Source: Candidatus Omnitrophota bacterium (GTDB taxonomy: Bacteria; Omnitrophota; Gorgyraeia; Gygaellales; Profunditerraquicolaceae). From it: a stretch of DNA of 64,000 nucleotides. Shown piece after piece: positions 8,363-18,151 of this stretch. The notes beneath the pieces are model-generated. The model searched no databases. It was not told the origin of the DNA and saw nothing but the letters and a program-made list of their open reading frames with translations. The position numbers were made by a program, and so were the translations under genes. Numbering within the stretch: position 1 is the stretch's first letter; every line of letters begins with the position of its first letter. The stretch is taken from assembly GCA_041651035.1 (NCBI GenBank), contig JBAZKC010000002.1:269606-333605 (forward strand), read 5' to 3'.

Positions 8363-8750
8363 AGATGCTGTATCTGGCTTTCTTAAATCTAACCGCTAGG
8401 TTTCTGTTTATAAGCTTAGTAAATTCCTCCAGGACCCGTATAGATTCTTTTACTCTTTGGATGTTGGCATAGAAGACATCGGGAATATCTTTCCTGTTTA
8501 ATTCGTTTATATAGATATCTCTGCCGACGTCTTTTAAGATTTCCCTTTCTCTGAGCAAATTTATGGAGGGCGGGAAGCGCTTAACCAGAGAGCCTATTTC
8601 ATGCCTTATTTCCTTAAGCCCTGATGTAAACTTGGGGCTGTTAAGCATAAACCTGGCTATTTCTTCGCAGACACGCAGGCCTTCTTTTGTCCGGTTGATA
8701 TTAGCGTCAATGATCCTGTTAATGGCTTTGCTTTCAGAATATTTTGGCAA
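8310..8750 (-). CDS. Hypothetical helical protein encoded between rfaE2 and thiE, overlapping both
   Basis: ORF of 146 aa in a third frame. It overlaps thiE by 53 nt and rfaE2 by 17 nt. I recognise no motifs. It may be a thiE-associated accessory domain, or a spurious overlap ORF. Confidence 0.4.
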   Translation of the reverse strand: MPKYSESKAINRIIDANINRTKEGLRVCEEIARFMLNSPKFTSGLKEIRHEIGSLVKRFPPSINLLREREILKDVGRDIYINELNRKDIPDVFYANIQRVKESIRVLEEFTKLINRNLAVRFKKARYSIYEIEKNIAKKLSALSDH

Positions 8751-9213
8751 TCTTTTTAATCAGGTTAGTGGTGGAACGGCCTTTTATCAGCTTTATCGTA
8801 GAAACTTTACCGCCGCGACTTAAGACAATACCGCTTCCCGCTATCTGCTTCTTATCCCAGTCTGAGCCCTTAATCAATATATCAGGCTTAAGCTCTTTTA
8901 TGGTTTTTAAAGGAGTATCTTCATTGAATAAAACCGCGTAATCCACGCTCTCTAAAGACGCTATAAGGCGCAGCCTGTCATACTGGCCTACAATAGGCCT
9001 CTTATCGCCTTTTATTCTTTTTATGGAAGCGTCGCTGTTTACCGCGACGATAAGTATATCCCCTTTTTTCTTGGCGTCCTCAAGATATTTTGCGTGGCCG
9101 TAATGCAGTATATCAAAACAGCCGTTGGTAAACACTACCACCTTACCCCGGGCTTTTAACCTTAGGATAATTTTCCTTAATTCCGCCAGCGTCTTAATCT
9201 TGCTGCTTATCAT
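8734..9213 (-). CDS. rfaE2: D-glycero-beta-D-manno-heptose 1-phosphate adenylyltransferase (RfaE domain II / HldE C-terminal domain homolog)
   Basis: Cytidylyltransferase signature VVFTNGCFDILHYGHAKYLEDAKKKGDILIVAVNSD. GmhA lies directly downstream. Confidence 0.8.
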   Translation of the reverse strand: MISSKIKTLAELRKIILRLKARGKVVVFTNGCFDILHYGHAKYLEDAKKKGDILIVAVNSDASIKRIKGDKRPIVGQYDRLRLIASLESVDYAVLFNEDTPLKTIKELKPDILIKGSDWDKKQIAGSGIVLSRGGKVSTIKLIKGRSTTNLIKKIAKIF

Positions 9214-9214
9214 G

Positions 9215-9820
9215 TTAGGAATTATTAGACAACTTCTCTTCCACTAATTCGCAAATAATGTGCCCTATGGTTATATGCGCTTCCTGGATCCTGGCTGTGA
9301 CCGAAGACGGGACTATCAAAGAAAAATCGGCTATTTTAACCAGCTCTCCTCCGTCAGAACCCGTAAGGGCAATCGTTTTTAAGCCCATTTTCTTGGCTTG
9401 CCTGATCCCGCAGGCGATGTTTTTGGCTTTGCCGCTAGTAGATATTCCGATGATAATATCGTTCTTTTGGGCAAGCGCTTCAACTTGCCTGGCAAAAACT
9501 ATATCGTAACCGTAATCATTGGCTATTGACGTTAATATCGAAGTATTAGTTGTGAGGGAGATAGCTGGAAGAGCTGTTCTGTCTTTCTTAAATCTGCCTA
9601 CGAGTTCAGCGGCAATATGCTGGCTGTCGCTTGCTGAACCGCCGTTCCCAAACAGGATCACCTTACCGTTCTTCTTGAGAGCGTCTATTATAATATTGGC
9701 GATCTCCAGGATCTCCCCTATCTTTGTGCGTAATAACTCTTCCTTGACCTGTATACTCTCCAGTAATATATCCTTGACCCTGTCTCTCATTCCTGCCTCC
9801 TTGAAACGCTTGCTGATCAT
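9215..9820 (-). CDS. gmhA: Phosphoheptose isomerase (sedoheptulose-7-phosphate isomerase, SIS domain)
   Basis: SIS-domain motifs: LFGNGGSASDSQHIAAELVGRF and ISTSGKAKN. Confidence 0.85.
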   Translation of the reverse strand: MISKRFKEAGMRDRVKDILLESIQVKEELLRTKIGEILEIANIIIDALKKNGKVILFGNGGSASDSQHIAAELVGRFKKDRTALPAISLTTNTSILTSIANDYGYDIVFARQVEALAQKNDIIIGISTSGKAKNIACGIRQAKKMGLKTIALTGSDGGELVKIADFSLIVPSSVTARIQEAHITIGHIICELVEEKLSNNS

Positions 9821-10848
9821 CCAAAGAAAACTTTGGCGATCTCGTAAAGCTCCATATCTACTGTTTTTAATTCTTTGATGGCGGCTTCTAAAGGGACATC
9901 TACGATCTTAATGCCTGATAACGCGACCATTCTTCCGAATTTATTATTTTTCACCAGCTCCACGGCTTTTACCCCGAGCCGGGTTCCTAAGACCCTGTCA
10001 AAGGCTGTAGGAGAGCCTCCTCTTTGAATATGGCCGAGGACGCTTACCCTTGTTTCATATCCTGTCCTTTTTTCTATTTCCTGGGCCAGCGCTTCGCCGA
10101 TACCTCCCAGCCTGACATGACCGAAGGCGTCAAGCTTCTGCTCCTGGACAACCATTGTCCCTTCTTTAAAATGCGCGCCTTCTGCTACAACCACTATACT
10201 GAAAGTCTTTCCCCGTTGGTGCCTTTTCTTTATGACACCGCAGACTTCTTCAATATCAATAGGTATCTCCGGGATCAATATTACATCCGCTCCTCCGGCA
10301 ATGCCTGTCTCGATGGCGATCCAGCCGGCGTGCCTGCCCATTACCTCAGCAACAATGATACGGTGATGGCTCTCTGCTGTCGTATGCAGCCTATCGACGC
10401 ATTCCATGGCGGTATTTAACGCTGTATCAAACCCGAACGTATAATCAGTAGCGGAAAGATCGTTGTCTATCGTTTTAGGCACGCCGACAATATTAGGTAT
10501 GCCGTCTTTTACTAACTTAGCCGCTACTCCCAGCGTGTCCTCTCCGCCTACCGCGACTAATGCCTCCAACCCTATCTGCTTAAAATTTTCCTTTAACTTT
10601 TTTAGATCGCCTTCTTTTTTGTAGGGATTTGTCCTGCTTGTGCCTAATATCGTGCCTCCTTTAGGCAGTATCCCCGAAACCGCTTCTATATTTAATGGCA
10701 TAGTATCGTTATCGATCAACCCTTTCCAGCCATTTTTAATACCGACGATCTCATAACCTTCGATCAACCCTTTTCTGACCACCGCCCTGATCACGGGATT
10801 TAACCCCGGGCAGTCCCCTCCGCCTGTAAGTATGCCTATCTTTGCCAT
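9817..10848 (-). CDS. pfp: 6-phosphofructokinase, probably pyrophosphate-dependent
   Basis: The PFK fold starts MAKIGILTGGGDCPGLN. The GGEDT motif has Asp at the position that separates PPi-type from ATP-type PFKs, and PKTIDNDL has Lys at the second discriminating position. Both fit the PPi-PFK signature. Confidence 0.75.
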   Translation of the reverse strand: MAKIGILTGGGDCPGLNPVIRAVVRKGLIEGYEIVGIKNGWKGLIDNDTMPLNIEAVSGILPKGGTILGTSRTNPYKKEGDLKKLKENFKQIGLEALVAVGGEDTLGVAAKLVKDGIPNIVGVPKTIDNDLSATDYTFGFDTALNTAMECVDRLHTTAESHHRIIVAEVMGRHAGWIAIETGIAGGADVILIPEIPIDIEEVCGVIKKRHQRGKTFSIVVVAEGAHFKEGTMVVQEQKLDAFGHVRLGGIGEALAQEIEKRTGYETRVSVLGHIQRGGSPTAFDRVLGTRLGVKAVELVKNNKFGRMVALSGIKIVDVPLEAAIKELKTVDMELYEIAKVFFG

Positions 10849-10858
10849 TTATCCCCCC

Positions 10859-11461
10859 TTAAGCCCTGTAACCGCTAAACGGTATCGCAGGTTCCTGCTT
10901 GTCTATTTCCTTTCTCTTCCGTTCTCTTTCTTCCATGGAAATAATCTTTACCACGTGGATCTTGATGATTATTTGTTCTTCAACCCCCAGCACCTCTTGT
11001 ATTTTAGATTTAGCTATCTCCTGCAGACGCGCGGTTAATTCAGGGATATTCGCTTCTGATCTTAAAACTACCCTTAAATCTACGATGATCCCTTTCTTTG
11101 TGGCAATAACATCGGGCCTTAACTCTTTAATCTCGGGTATGATGCCGGTAAGCCTCCTGATGAGATCCTCAACCGCGGAAAGCGCGATAGTCACTTCTCC
11201 GGACGCCGTAGTAAAAGCGATCGTCCTTTCCCGCTGGAAACGTCCCAGGATCAATTGCGCGAAGGAAAAACTGATCAATACCAATAAAAGCCCGGAAAGC
11301 CCGACGATTATCCTTGAATTCGAGCTGTTTTGCGTAAATACCAGCAAGTTATTTATGTCTTGGGGCTGTAATAGATTTAACGAGAAAACTATTAAACTTA
11401 CGCCGATCAAGATAATAACAGAGGCATAAAATAATATACCTAAAACCGTAAAGATCCTCAT
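10859..11461 (-). CDS. amaP: Alkaline shock response membrane anchor protein AmaP-like
   Basis: It has an N-terminal TM segment and an extended charged C-terminal region. It sits immediately beside an Asp23-family gene, the usual Asp23/AmaP pairing. Confidence 0.55.
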   Translation of the reverse strand: MRIFTVLGILFYASVIILIGVSLIVFSLNLLQPQDINNLLVFTQNSSNSRIIVGLSGLLLVLISFSFAQLILGRFQRERTIAFTTASGEVTIALSAVEDLIRRLTGIIPEIKELRPDVIATKKGIIVDLRVVLRSEANIPELTARLQEIAKSKIQEVLGVEEQIIIKIHVVKIISMEERERKRKEIDKQEPAIPFSGYRA

Positions 11462-11462
11462 A

Positions 11463-11816
11463 CTACCCCCTTTCTATACCCTGGACATTTATATTAATAT
11501 CTTTTATAGACAGATTTGTCATCTTCTCTAAAGCATTCCTGACATTTTCCTGGACCCTGCCGGCTATATCAGGAATATTATAACCATATTTTATGACCAG
11601 CGGGATCTCTAATCCGACTTCCTCGCTCTTGCTTATCTCGACATTGATAGCCGAAAGAGACCTCTTGCCGATCAGTTCCAGAAAACCGCTTTTAAGATCC
11701 CCTCCCACGCGCTTAACACCTTCTACTTCCGCCGCCGCCAGAGAAGAAATGGAAGCTATGACTTTCTTATGTATCTTGATCGTCCCAAAATAGTTGCGTG
11801 ATTCATCTGACTGCAT
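11463..11816 (-). CDS. Asp23/Gls24-family envelope stress protein
   Basis: Asp23-family pattern: FGTIKIHKKVIASISSLAAAEVEGVKRV...GYNIPDIAGRVQENVRNALEKMTN. It lies downstream of accC, as yqhY does in Bacillus. Confidence 0.75.
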   Translation of the reverse strand: MQSDESRNYFGTIKIHKKVIASISSLAAAEVEGVKRVGGDLKSGFLELIGKRSLSAINVEISKSEEVGLEIPLVIKYGYNIPDIAGRVQENVRNALEKMTNLSIKDININVQGIERG

Positions 11817-13177
11817 TATTCCTCCCCTCTTTGTTCTTCTTTCAGCATTTCCTGGACAAAATGGGTTGATATATCGCCTTTTAAGAATAACGGGTTCTCT
11901 AAAAGGCGCAGATGGAACGGTATAGTTGTTTTTATAGGGGCGATCTCAAATTCACTTAAGGCCCGGTGCATTATTTTTATCGCTTCCTGCCTGTCTTTGC
12001 CATAGGTTATCAGCTTAGCGACCAAAGAATCATAGTAAGGGGAAATTTCGTATCCCTGATAGATATGAGTGTCCAAGCGTACTCCCGGGCCGCCGGGCAG
12101 ATTAAGCGTTTCTATCTTTCCCGGAGAAGGCATAAAATTATTTTCGTAATCTTCGGCGTTTATACGGCACTCTATAGCAGCGCCTTTTACCTGGATATCT
12201 TCCTGCTGGATTTTTAATTTCTCTCCGGAGGCAATACGTATCTGTTCTTTTATTATATCTATCCCGGTTACCATCTCGGTCACCGGATGTTCAACCTGTA
12301 TCCTGGTATTCATTTCCATAAAATAAAAATTACCGTACTTATCCAGCAGGAATTCAATCGTCCCCGCGCTGACATAGCCCATTGTCTTTATTCCCTTTAA
12401 TGCCGCTTCACCTAAGCGTTTACGCAGTTTGCTGTCTACAGCCGGAGACGGAGATTCCTCCAGTAATTTCTGGTGCCTTCTCTGGATACTGCAATCCCTT
12501 TCTCCTAGTTGCAGAATATGGCCGTATTTATCCGCCAGGATCTGTATTTCAATATGGCGCGGCTTCTCAACATACTTTTCAATATAGCAATTAGGATTAC
12601 CGAAATTAACCTCTGCTTCCGCCTGGGCGGTCATAAGGCTGGAAACCAGCGTTAAGTCATTATGGCATATTCTCATGCCCTTACCGCCTCCGCCGGCGGC
12701 GGCTTTTATAATTACCGGATACCCTATAGCTTTAGACGTTTTAAGCGCCTCTTCTTTATTCTTTACTATGGCAATACTGCCGGGAACTATTGAAAGCCCT
12801 GCCTTTTTCATGGTAGACCGGGCAGCCATCTTATCGCCCATCAACCGGATATTATCCGGAGTAGGGCCTATAAATGTTATCTTGCATGATTCGCAGATCT
12901 CGGAAAAGTGGGGGTTTTCCGCGAGGAATCCGTATCCCGGATGTATCGCTTCTACATCGGTGATCTCCGCGGCACTGATAATGGCGGGTATATTAAGATA
13001 ACTACTGGCGCTGGAAGCCTGGCCGATACAGATAGCCTCATCAGCAAACCGCACATGCAAAGAATTCCTGTCGGCTTCTGAATAAACGGCTACGGTCCGT
13101 ATCCCCAGTTCGCGGCAGGCGCGAATGATCCTCAGGGCTATTTCGCCCCTATTGGCAATAAGTATTTTGGAGAACAT
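11816..13177 (-). CDS. accC: Acetyl-CoA carboxylase biotin carboxylase subunit
   Basis: Full-length AccC pattern from [26 protein letters not shown]. The ORF-track start at 13243 adds 22 implausible residues; the true start is taken as the internal Met at 13177. Confidence 0.9.
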   Translation of the reverse strand: MFSKILIANRGEIALRIIRACRELGIRTVAVYSEADRNSLHVRFADEAICIGQASSASSYLNIPAIISAAEITDVEAIHPGYGFLAENPHFSEICESCKITFIGPTPDNIRLMGDKMAARSTMKKAGLSIVPGSIAIVKNKEEALKTSKAIGYPVIIKAAAGGGGKGMRICHNDLTLVSSLMTAQAEAEVNFGNPNCYIEKYVEKPRHIEIQILADKYGHILQLGERDCSIQRRHQKLLEESPSPAVDSKLRKRLGEAALKGIKTMGYVSAGTIEFLLDKYGNFYFMEMNTRIQVEHPVTEMVTGIDIIKEQIRIASGEKLKIQQEDIQVKGAAIECRINAEDYENNFMPSPGKIETLNLPGGPGVRLDTHIYQGYEISPYYDSLVAKLITYGKDRQEAIKIMHRALSEFEIAPIKTTIPFHLRLLENPLFLKGDISTHFVQEMLKEEQRGEE

Positions 13178-13181
13178 CTTT

Positions 13182-13640
13182 TTAGAGAGGTTCGATAAGA
13201 AACATAGCCTGCCCAAATTCCACGGGCTCGGCATTATCGACAAGAGTTTCTAAGATTTTGCCTTTGATTTCCGATTTTATTTCATTCATCAATTTCATCG
13301 CTTCGATGATGCATATGACCTGCCCCGGTTCAATTACCTGGCCGACTTCAGCATAAGGCGGAGCTTCCGGAGAAGGCGCGCGGTAGAAAGTACCTACCAT
13401 GGGAGCCTTGATCTCCACTGTCTTTACCTGCGCCTTTTCAGGGGCTGCCGCGGCAGGCTCTTTTTTAGGAAAAGCTTCTTGCAATCTTTCTCTTTCTACT
13501 ATAATAGGGCCGCCGGAGCCTTCCATGCCGGATAAGGTCTTCTTTAGCTTAATACGCATACCGTCTTTCTCTATCTCTAATTCCAGAAGGCCGCTCTCAT
13601 TCATGAGGGTTATTAATTCTTTGATTTCTTTGATATTCAT
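13182..13640 (-). CDS. accB: Biotin carboxyl carrier protein
   Basis: Biotinyl domain motif [10 protein letters not shown] Shine-Dalgarno AAGGAGG lies 9 nt upstream of the internal Met ([10 protein letters not shown]...). The 49-aa extension to 13787 in the ORF track has the same frame as the structured leader and is judged spurious. Confidence 0.8.
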   Translation of the reverse strand: MNIKEIKELITLMNESGLLELEIEKDGMRIKLKKTLSGMEGSGGPIIVERERLQEAFPKKEPAAAAPEKAQVKTVEIKAPMVGTFYRAPSPEAPPYAEVGQVIEPGQVICIIEAMKLMNEIKSEIKGKILETLVDNAEPVEFGQAMFLIEPL

Positions 13641-13763
13641 CCCCTTAAACTCCTCCTTTTTGCCCAGAAGGGCACACCAATCCATCCGATAGGATTGGGT
13701 GTAACCAGAAGACAACACCCGCGTAATTCCGATAAACGCGGGGTGTAACCACAAGGCCACACC

Positions 13764-13778
13764 TGCGCAATTTGCGCA
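13764..13778. promoter_or_regulatory. Perfect 7-1-7 palindrome TGCGCAAtTTGCGCA in the accB upstream leader; candidate operator
   Basis: Read directly. It lies about 125 nt upstream of the accB start. An 11-nt direct repeat gggtgtaacca (13697 and 13741) and an inverted repeat acacccgcg/cgcggggtgt (13715-13746) lie between it and accB. Confidence 0.35.
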
Positions 13779-13835
13779 CAAGCGCATGCCGGCGCAATAC
13801 CTGTTATGCGCCGGGCACGATAAGCACGGGTTTAC

Positions 13836-14399
13836 TTACGTAACCCTTTCCACATACCCTCTGGTACGGGTATCCACCTTAATCACGTCCCCCACAGTAA
13901 CAAAAAGAGGGACCTGTATTGTCGCCCCTGTCTCTACTTGCGCCGGCTTAGTGCCGCTTTTTGCCGTATCGCCCTTTATCCCGGGCTCAGTATTAATAAT
14001 CTTGAATTCTATAAAGTTCGGGAGATTGATATTTAAAGTCTCATTTTTATAAAAATAGCCCATAACTTCAAGGTTATCTTTTAAAAGGTCTTTTTTGTCT
14101 CCCACGCTGGCTTCAGGGATGCCTATTTCCTCAAAATTATCCTGATCCATAAAATTAAACATATCGCCTGAAACATACTGGTATTGGAGCCGCCTCTCTT
14201 CAACAAATGCTTCTTCTATCTTTTCGTCTCCTCTGAATGTCTTTTCCTGCATATTACTGTTCTTTAAATTTCTTAATTTTACCCGCACAAAAGCCGCGCC
14301 TTTGCCCGGCTTGACATGCTGGGTTTCCACAACCACGTATACTTCCCCGTCAACCAACACAGTTATTCCTGATTTTATTTCATTTATTGACAGCGACAC
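13836..14399 (-). CDS. efp: Elongation factor P
   Basis: EF-P along its full length. The modified-loop region HVKPGKGAAFVRVKLRN is the lysine type. Confidence 0.9.
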   Translation of the reverse strand: MSLSINEIKSGITVLVDGEVYVVVETQHVKPGKGAAFVRVKLRNLKNSNMQEKTFRGDEKIEEAFVEERRLQYQYVSGDMFNFMDQDNFEEIGIPEASVGDKKDLLKDNLEVMGYFYKNETLNINLPNFIEFKIINTEPGIKGDTAKSGTKPAQVETGATIQVPLFVTVGDVIKVDTRTRGYVERVT

Positions 14400-15441
14400 T
14401 TAACACCTCACATCCATCATTAGTTGTTAAAACCATATCCTCTATCCTTATGCCGAATTTTCCAGGCAGATAAACCGCCGGCTCAACGGTAAATACCATC
14501 CCCTGCTTTAACCTGTCCTCATTATCTTTGGATATATGCGGGGCCTCGTGCACTTCCAGGCCGACTCCGTGCCCCAGGCTATGTCCGAAAAAACCGCCAA
14601 ACCCTTTTTGGCCAATGTATTGCCGGCCGGCTCTATCAACCGAGGACATCTTTTCGCCCGGTTTTATCTTCCTTATCGCCCTGGCCCCTGCCTCAAGGAC
14701 AATGTCATAAATCTCTTTAGCCAGAACATTTATTTTACCCAAAAAGAATACCCGTGTCAAGTCGGATTTATATCCCTGGTATTCCACACCTATATCTACC
14801 AATACCGGCTCATTATTCCTGATCTTTCTCTCTGAGGGGATATGGTGCGGGAAGCTGGAATTAGGCCCGGAGGCGACAATTATGTCAAAACTTGCCTCGG
14901 AGGCCCCCTGATACCTTATAAAACGCTCCGCTTCCCCCGCTACCTCTATCTCCTTTTTCCCGGGGGCTATAAAGCCTTTGATAAACAGAAGAGCCTTATC
15001 GGTTATCGCGATCGCTTTTCTTATCTTTTCTAATTCTTCCGGCTCTTTGACCTGCCTTAGTTCTTCTATTAATCCGTGGGCCGGCACCAAAAGCGTTTTT
15101 TTACCCAGGTATTCCTTTATCTTTTTATATTCAGCAAACGGCAAATACCTCTCTTCAAAGGCCACGCGCCCAAGGCGCTTGTCTAAACAGTCCCGGGCTA
15201 TTAACTTAAAAACCGAACCGTTTACTTTGCGCAGGCTCGCCGCCCCTTTAAGCGCTAATTTAGCTTCTTCGATATACCGCGAATCCGTAAAATAGGTATT
15301 TTTCTTCCTGGAAACTAAAAAATAGGAATCCCTGCTTTGGTATTTAGTAAGGTAGGTGATGTTGACAGGCAGGCTTACAATTAACCCATCCAAGCGCTGT
15401 TGTTCTAATTTGGTATAAATATTCTTTAGGCGTGAATTCAT
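14380..15441 (-). CDS. pepP: Xaa-Pro aminopeptidase (M24B, PepP family)
   Basis: Creatinase-like N-terminal domain plus M24 metal ligands (DIGVEYQGY, HSLGHGVGLEVHE, EPAVY). This gives the conserved aroQ-pepP-efp order. Confidence 0.8.
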   Translation of the reverse strand: MNSRLKNIYTKLEQQRLDGLIVSLPVNITYLTKYQSRDSYFLVSRKKNTYFTDSRYIEEAKLALKGAASLRKVNGSVFKLIARDCLDKRLGRVAFEERYLPFAEYKKIKEYLGKKTLLVPAHGLIEELRQVKEPEELEKIRKAIAITDKALLFIKGFIAPGKKEIEVAGEAERFIRYQGASEASFDIIVASGPNSSFPHHIPSERKIRNNEPVLVDIGVEYQGYKSDLTRVFFLGKINVLAKEIYDIVLEAGARAIRKIKPGEKMSSVDRAGRQYIGQKGFGGFFGHSLGHGVGLEVHEAPHISKDNEDRLKQGMVFTVEPAVYLPGKFGIRIEDMVLTTNDGCEVLSVAVNK

Positions 15442-15463
15442 TTAACATAAATTATGGGCTTGC

Positions 15464-15898
15464 TCAGACCAGATCTAATAACGCCTCAAGGCCCAGGATA
15501 TAGCTTTTAGCGCCAAAGCCTAATATCGTGCCTCTGGCCACCGGGCTTATCAGGGATTTCTGCCTGAATTCTTCCCGGGAATAGATATTAGAAAGATGCA
15601 CTTCTACCGTTATCAGGCCGGAGGCAGCGATCGCGTCCCTTATCGCTACACTTGTATGCGTATAGGCGGCGGGGTTTATTAATAAACCATCGTATTTACT
15701 CTTGGCCTTGCCTATTAAACTTACGATTTGGCCTTCGTGGTTGGATTGAACGATCTTAAGGCTGGCCTTCTTTTTTAAGGCAGTTTTCTTTAATTCAGTA
15801 TTTATCTGCCCTAATGTTACCTTGCCGTACACGGCCGGTTCTCTCTGCCCTAATAAATCTAAATTCGGCCCATGGATCACTAAGATTTTTTTTGCCAT
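15464..15898 (-). CDS. aroQ: 3-dehydroquinate dehydratase type II
   Basis: [25 protein letters not shown]...[16 protein letters not shown] is the typical type II DHQase pattern. Confidence 0.9.
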   Translation of the reverse strand: MAKKILVIHGPNLDLLGQREPAVYGKVTLGQINTELKKTALKKKASLKIVQSNHEGQIVSLIGKAKSKYDGLLINPAAYTHTSVAIRDAIAASGLITVEVHLSNIYSREEFRQKSLISPVARGTILGFGAKSYILGLEALLDLV

Positions 15899-15913
15899 AC
15901 GTTTGTCCGCCTG

Positions 15914-16069
15914 TTAATTATCCGCCTCTTCGATAAGCATTACGGGTATCCCATCCTTCACGGGATATCTTTTCCCGCACTTCTTACAAACAATTTTATT
16001 GTCTTTCAGTTCGACATCCCCTTTACAGGCCGGGCAGGCTAAGATATCCAGCAATTCTTTATCGATCAT
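15914..16069 (-). CDS. Trm112/YcaR-like small zinc-ribbon protein (UPF0434), 51 aa; not in the ORF track
   Basis: Translates to MIDKELLDILACPACKGDVELKDNKIVCKKCGKRYPVKDGIPVMLIEEADN. The CPxC...CxxC pattern and the GIPVML motif are typical of Trm112-like proteins. Its ATG overlaps the DUF1844 stop (ATGA). Confidence 0.7.
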   Translation of the reverse strand: MIDKELLDILACPACKGDVELKDNKIVCKKCGKRYPVKDGIPVMLIEEADN

Positions 16070-16413
16070 TTTACCTCACCTTTGTCTTTGGAAAGATAAC
16101 TCATCCTTAATTCATAGAGCAAATTTTCCAGAAGCTTTGCCTCATCCGCGCTTAAATTCCCCTTGGTCTTATCCTTTAACATGCCCAAAGTATCAATAAG
16201 GAACTTAGCCTGGGTAAGATTTTCTTCCTTCTTATTTGTAGCCGGGTCAGGCATATGGCCCAAGGCAATGGATGCCTGCAAGGAAAGAGTAGTAACAAAA
16301 AAACTGAAATCAGGCTCGGGTGGAACGAATTTTCCTTCTTTCTTAAGCGTTTCTTTTTCTTTGCCTACCGTCTCTTTCCAGCTCTCATCTACATTCTTTT
16401 TATTTTCGTCCAT
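16066..16413 (-). CDS. DUF1844-domain protein
   Basis: PDFSFFVTTLSLQASIALGHMPDP...NLTQAKFLIDTLGMLKDKTKGNL matches the DUF1844 pattern from memory. The start is taken at the internal Met to avoid a 47-nt overlap with the upstream gene. Confidence 0.6.
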   Translation of the reverse strand: MDENKKNVDESWKETVGKEKETLKKEGKFVPPEPDFSFFVTTLSLQASIALGHMPDPATNKKEENLTQAKFLIDTLGMLKDKTKGNLSADEAKLLENLLYELRMSYLSKDKGEVK

Positions 16414-16417
16414 GATT

Positions 16418-17233
16418 TTAATATATAGTGATCCCCGCGTATCCCACAACGCTGTCCAGCTCACCGCTTATATCGCCGCTGGTCTGGTATTTAACTAATG
16501 AAGCGAAACGGGCGCCTAGCATCTTAGCCGCCCTTAACATAACTATTACCGGTGCGTATCCGCACATGGATATACCCAACTGCCGGACTCTTTCCAGCAG
16601 CCTATCCTCATCAAGCGCTAATATCGCCTCAATTGCTTCTTTATCTTTATTCCGGGCCGCTTCCTGAGGCTCATAGTGAGTCATATCGGAACTGGCTAAA
16701 ATCATAGCGGAGCCTTTAAGGCCTTTAAGAACGCCGGCTATTTCTTCCCCTATCTCTTTTAAAGCTTCAATTCCATCCGACAAGAACACGATAGGCACGA
16801 TCTTAAAATCAGTTTTTAAATACTGCAAAAAAGGCAGCTGGACTTCCAGGGAATGTTCGTATATATGCGCGGCGCTGTCATCTTCAAGGTATTTTGAGCC
16901 GCGTAATAATTGTTTGGCCAGATCAGAATCTATTTTGACTTTGCCTAAAGGCGTCTGCCATATGCCTTCCGTCATTATGCTAAACGGGGCTCCGAAGCCG
17001 GTGTGGTTAGGGCCCAGGAGCACTATCCTCTCTTTGATATTAACGCTCGAGAGGACTCCGGCTACGACACTTCCTGAATACATATAACCCGCGTGAGGAA
17101 GCATGCAGGCGATCACATCGGTTTTATCCGTTTCTTTACCGATAAGATCTTTTATCTGCTTTTTTAACTCTCCAGCGGAAGAAGGGTAAAATTTACCGGC
17201 TACCGCTGCTTTTCTTATTTTAGATGCTGCCAT
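16418..17233 (-). CDS. Memo-like protein (AmmeMemoRadiSam system protein B family)
   Basis: [14 protein letters not shown]...[16 protein letters not shown]...LGPNHTG is typical of the Memo1/MJ0403 family. Confidence 0.75.
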   Translation of the reverse strand: MAASKIRKAAVAGKFYPSSAGELKKQIKDLIGKETDKTDVIACMLPHAGYMYSGSVVAGVLSSVNIKERIVLLGPNHTGFGAPFSIMTEGIWQTPLGKVKIDSDLAKQLLRGSKYLEDDSAAHIYEHSLEVQLPFLQYLKTDFKIVPIVFLSDGIEALKEIGEEIAGVLKGLKGSAMILASSDMTHYEPQEAARNKDKEAIEAILALDEDRLLERVRQLGISMCGYAPVIVMLRAAKMLGARFASLVKYQTSGDISGELDSVVGYAGITIY

Positions 17234-18149
17234 CTAATACCTTCTCTAAGAATTCCCTGCCTTCTTTTACATCCTGGCTGGTAGCCGGATAATGCGCTTC
17301 TATCACCTTTAAGGTCTCTTCTTTAAGATAAGGCTTTAACCGGCTAAAATCAAATTCCCCTTTAGAGGGAGCCTTATGGTCACTGCATCCTGAAATATCA
17401 TGCAGGTGTATGCCGATCATCGCCTTGCCGTATAGACCCAAAATTTTCTCATGGCTATAGAACCCCAGGTTCTCCATCACCTGGGCATGGCCGGTATCGT
17501 GCCAATAAAAAATATTGGAATTCTTAAATGCATCCAAGATCATACCTATTTCTTCCAGCGAAGGTATTTCGCGGTAGTAAAAACGCGTCTCAACGCCCAA
17601 AAGTATATTTTTCTTTTCCGCGTAGCTGTTTAATTCTTCCAGGCTGCCAAGCGCGCTCTCAAAGAACGGTTTAGAAAGGCTTTCACGCTCTCTTACTATA
17701 TCATTTTTTAACGCTTTGAATTCCTTTGAATCTTTTAAGCCTCTTTCAAAGAGCTGGATAAGATCCCTAGTCCTGTCAGGGACATCAACTCTGCCGCAGT
17801 GCAAAACAACTGCCTTGGCACCTAAGTCCGCAGCTGTATCTATAGTCCTCTTGGTATACTTTACAGCGAGCTTTCTTTCTTTTTGCCGCAAAGAAGCTAA
17901 TGAATAACAATCAGGAAGCGCTTCTTTCCTTTCCAGGCCATCAGGTATAGGGCAAAAATTATGCAAACTCCTGATATTCAGGCCGGCCCTGCCATCTTTT
18001 AATACCTTCCCGATATCCCTGACGATCGCGGAAGTCAGATTAAAACTCAATTCCAGGCCTCTAAACCCCAGCGCCTTTATCTCAAAGAGCGCGTCCCTGC
18101 CGTTATCATAACGGAAGGCATTCCATGACATAGAAAGAGCCAAGCCCAT
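17220..18149 (-). CDS. Xylose-isomerase-like TIM-barrel protein (sugar phosphate isomerase/epimerase family)
   Basis: A TIM-barrel pattern alternating hydrophobic strands and helices, with the metal-ligand-like motifs LHCGR, WHDTGH and IHLHD. Confidence 0.55.
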   Translation of the reverse strand: MGLALSMSWNAFRYDNGRDALFEIKALGFRGLELSFNLTSAIVRDIGKVLKDGRAGLNIRSLHNFCPIPDGLERKEALPDCYSLASLRQKERKLAVKYTKRTIDTAADLGAKAVVLHCGRVDVPDRTRDLIQLFERGLKDSKEFKALKNDIVRERESLSKPFFESALGSLEELNSYAEKKNILLGVETRFYYREIPSLEEIGMILDAFKNSNIFYWHDTGHAQVMENLGFYSHEKILGLYGKAMIGIHLHDISGCSDHKAPSKGEFDFSRLKPYLKEETLKVIEAHYPATSQDVKEGREFLEKVLDGSI

Positions 18150-18151
18150 TG

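Noticed and set aside
7726-8800. TPP riboswitch upstream of thiC/thiE
   Set aside because: thiC and thiE are internal genes of a long operon, with only 0-2-nt spacers. No CUGAGA-type TPP motif is found in the nearest leader (13641-13835).
13641-13787. N-terminal extension of accB in the ORF track; similar extensions for accC (to 13243), mdh (to 29693), rpsH (to 43291) and the DUF1844 gene (to 16464)
   Set aside because: The extensions lack homology to the respective families. Internal Met codons have proper Shine-Dalgarno sequences, and the extensions read through structured leaders or upstream gene ends.
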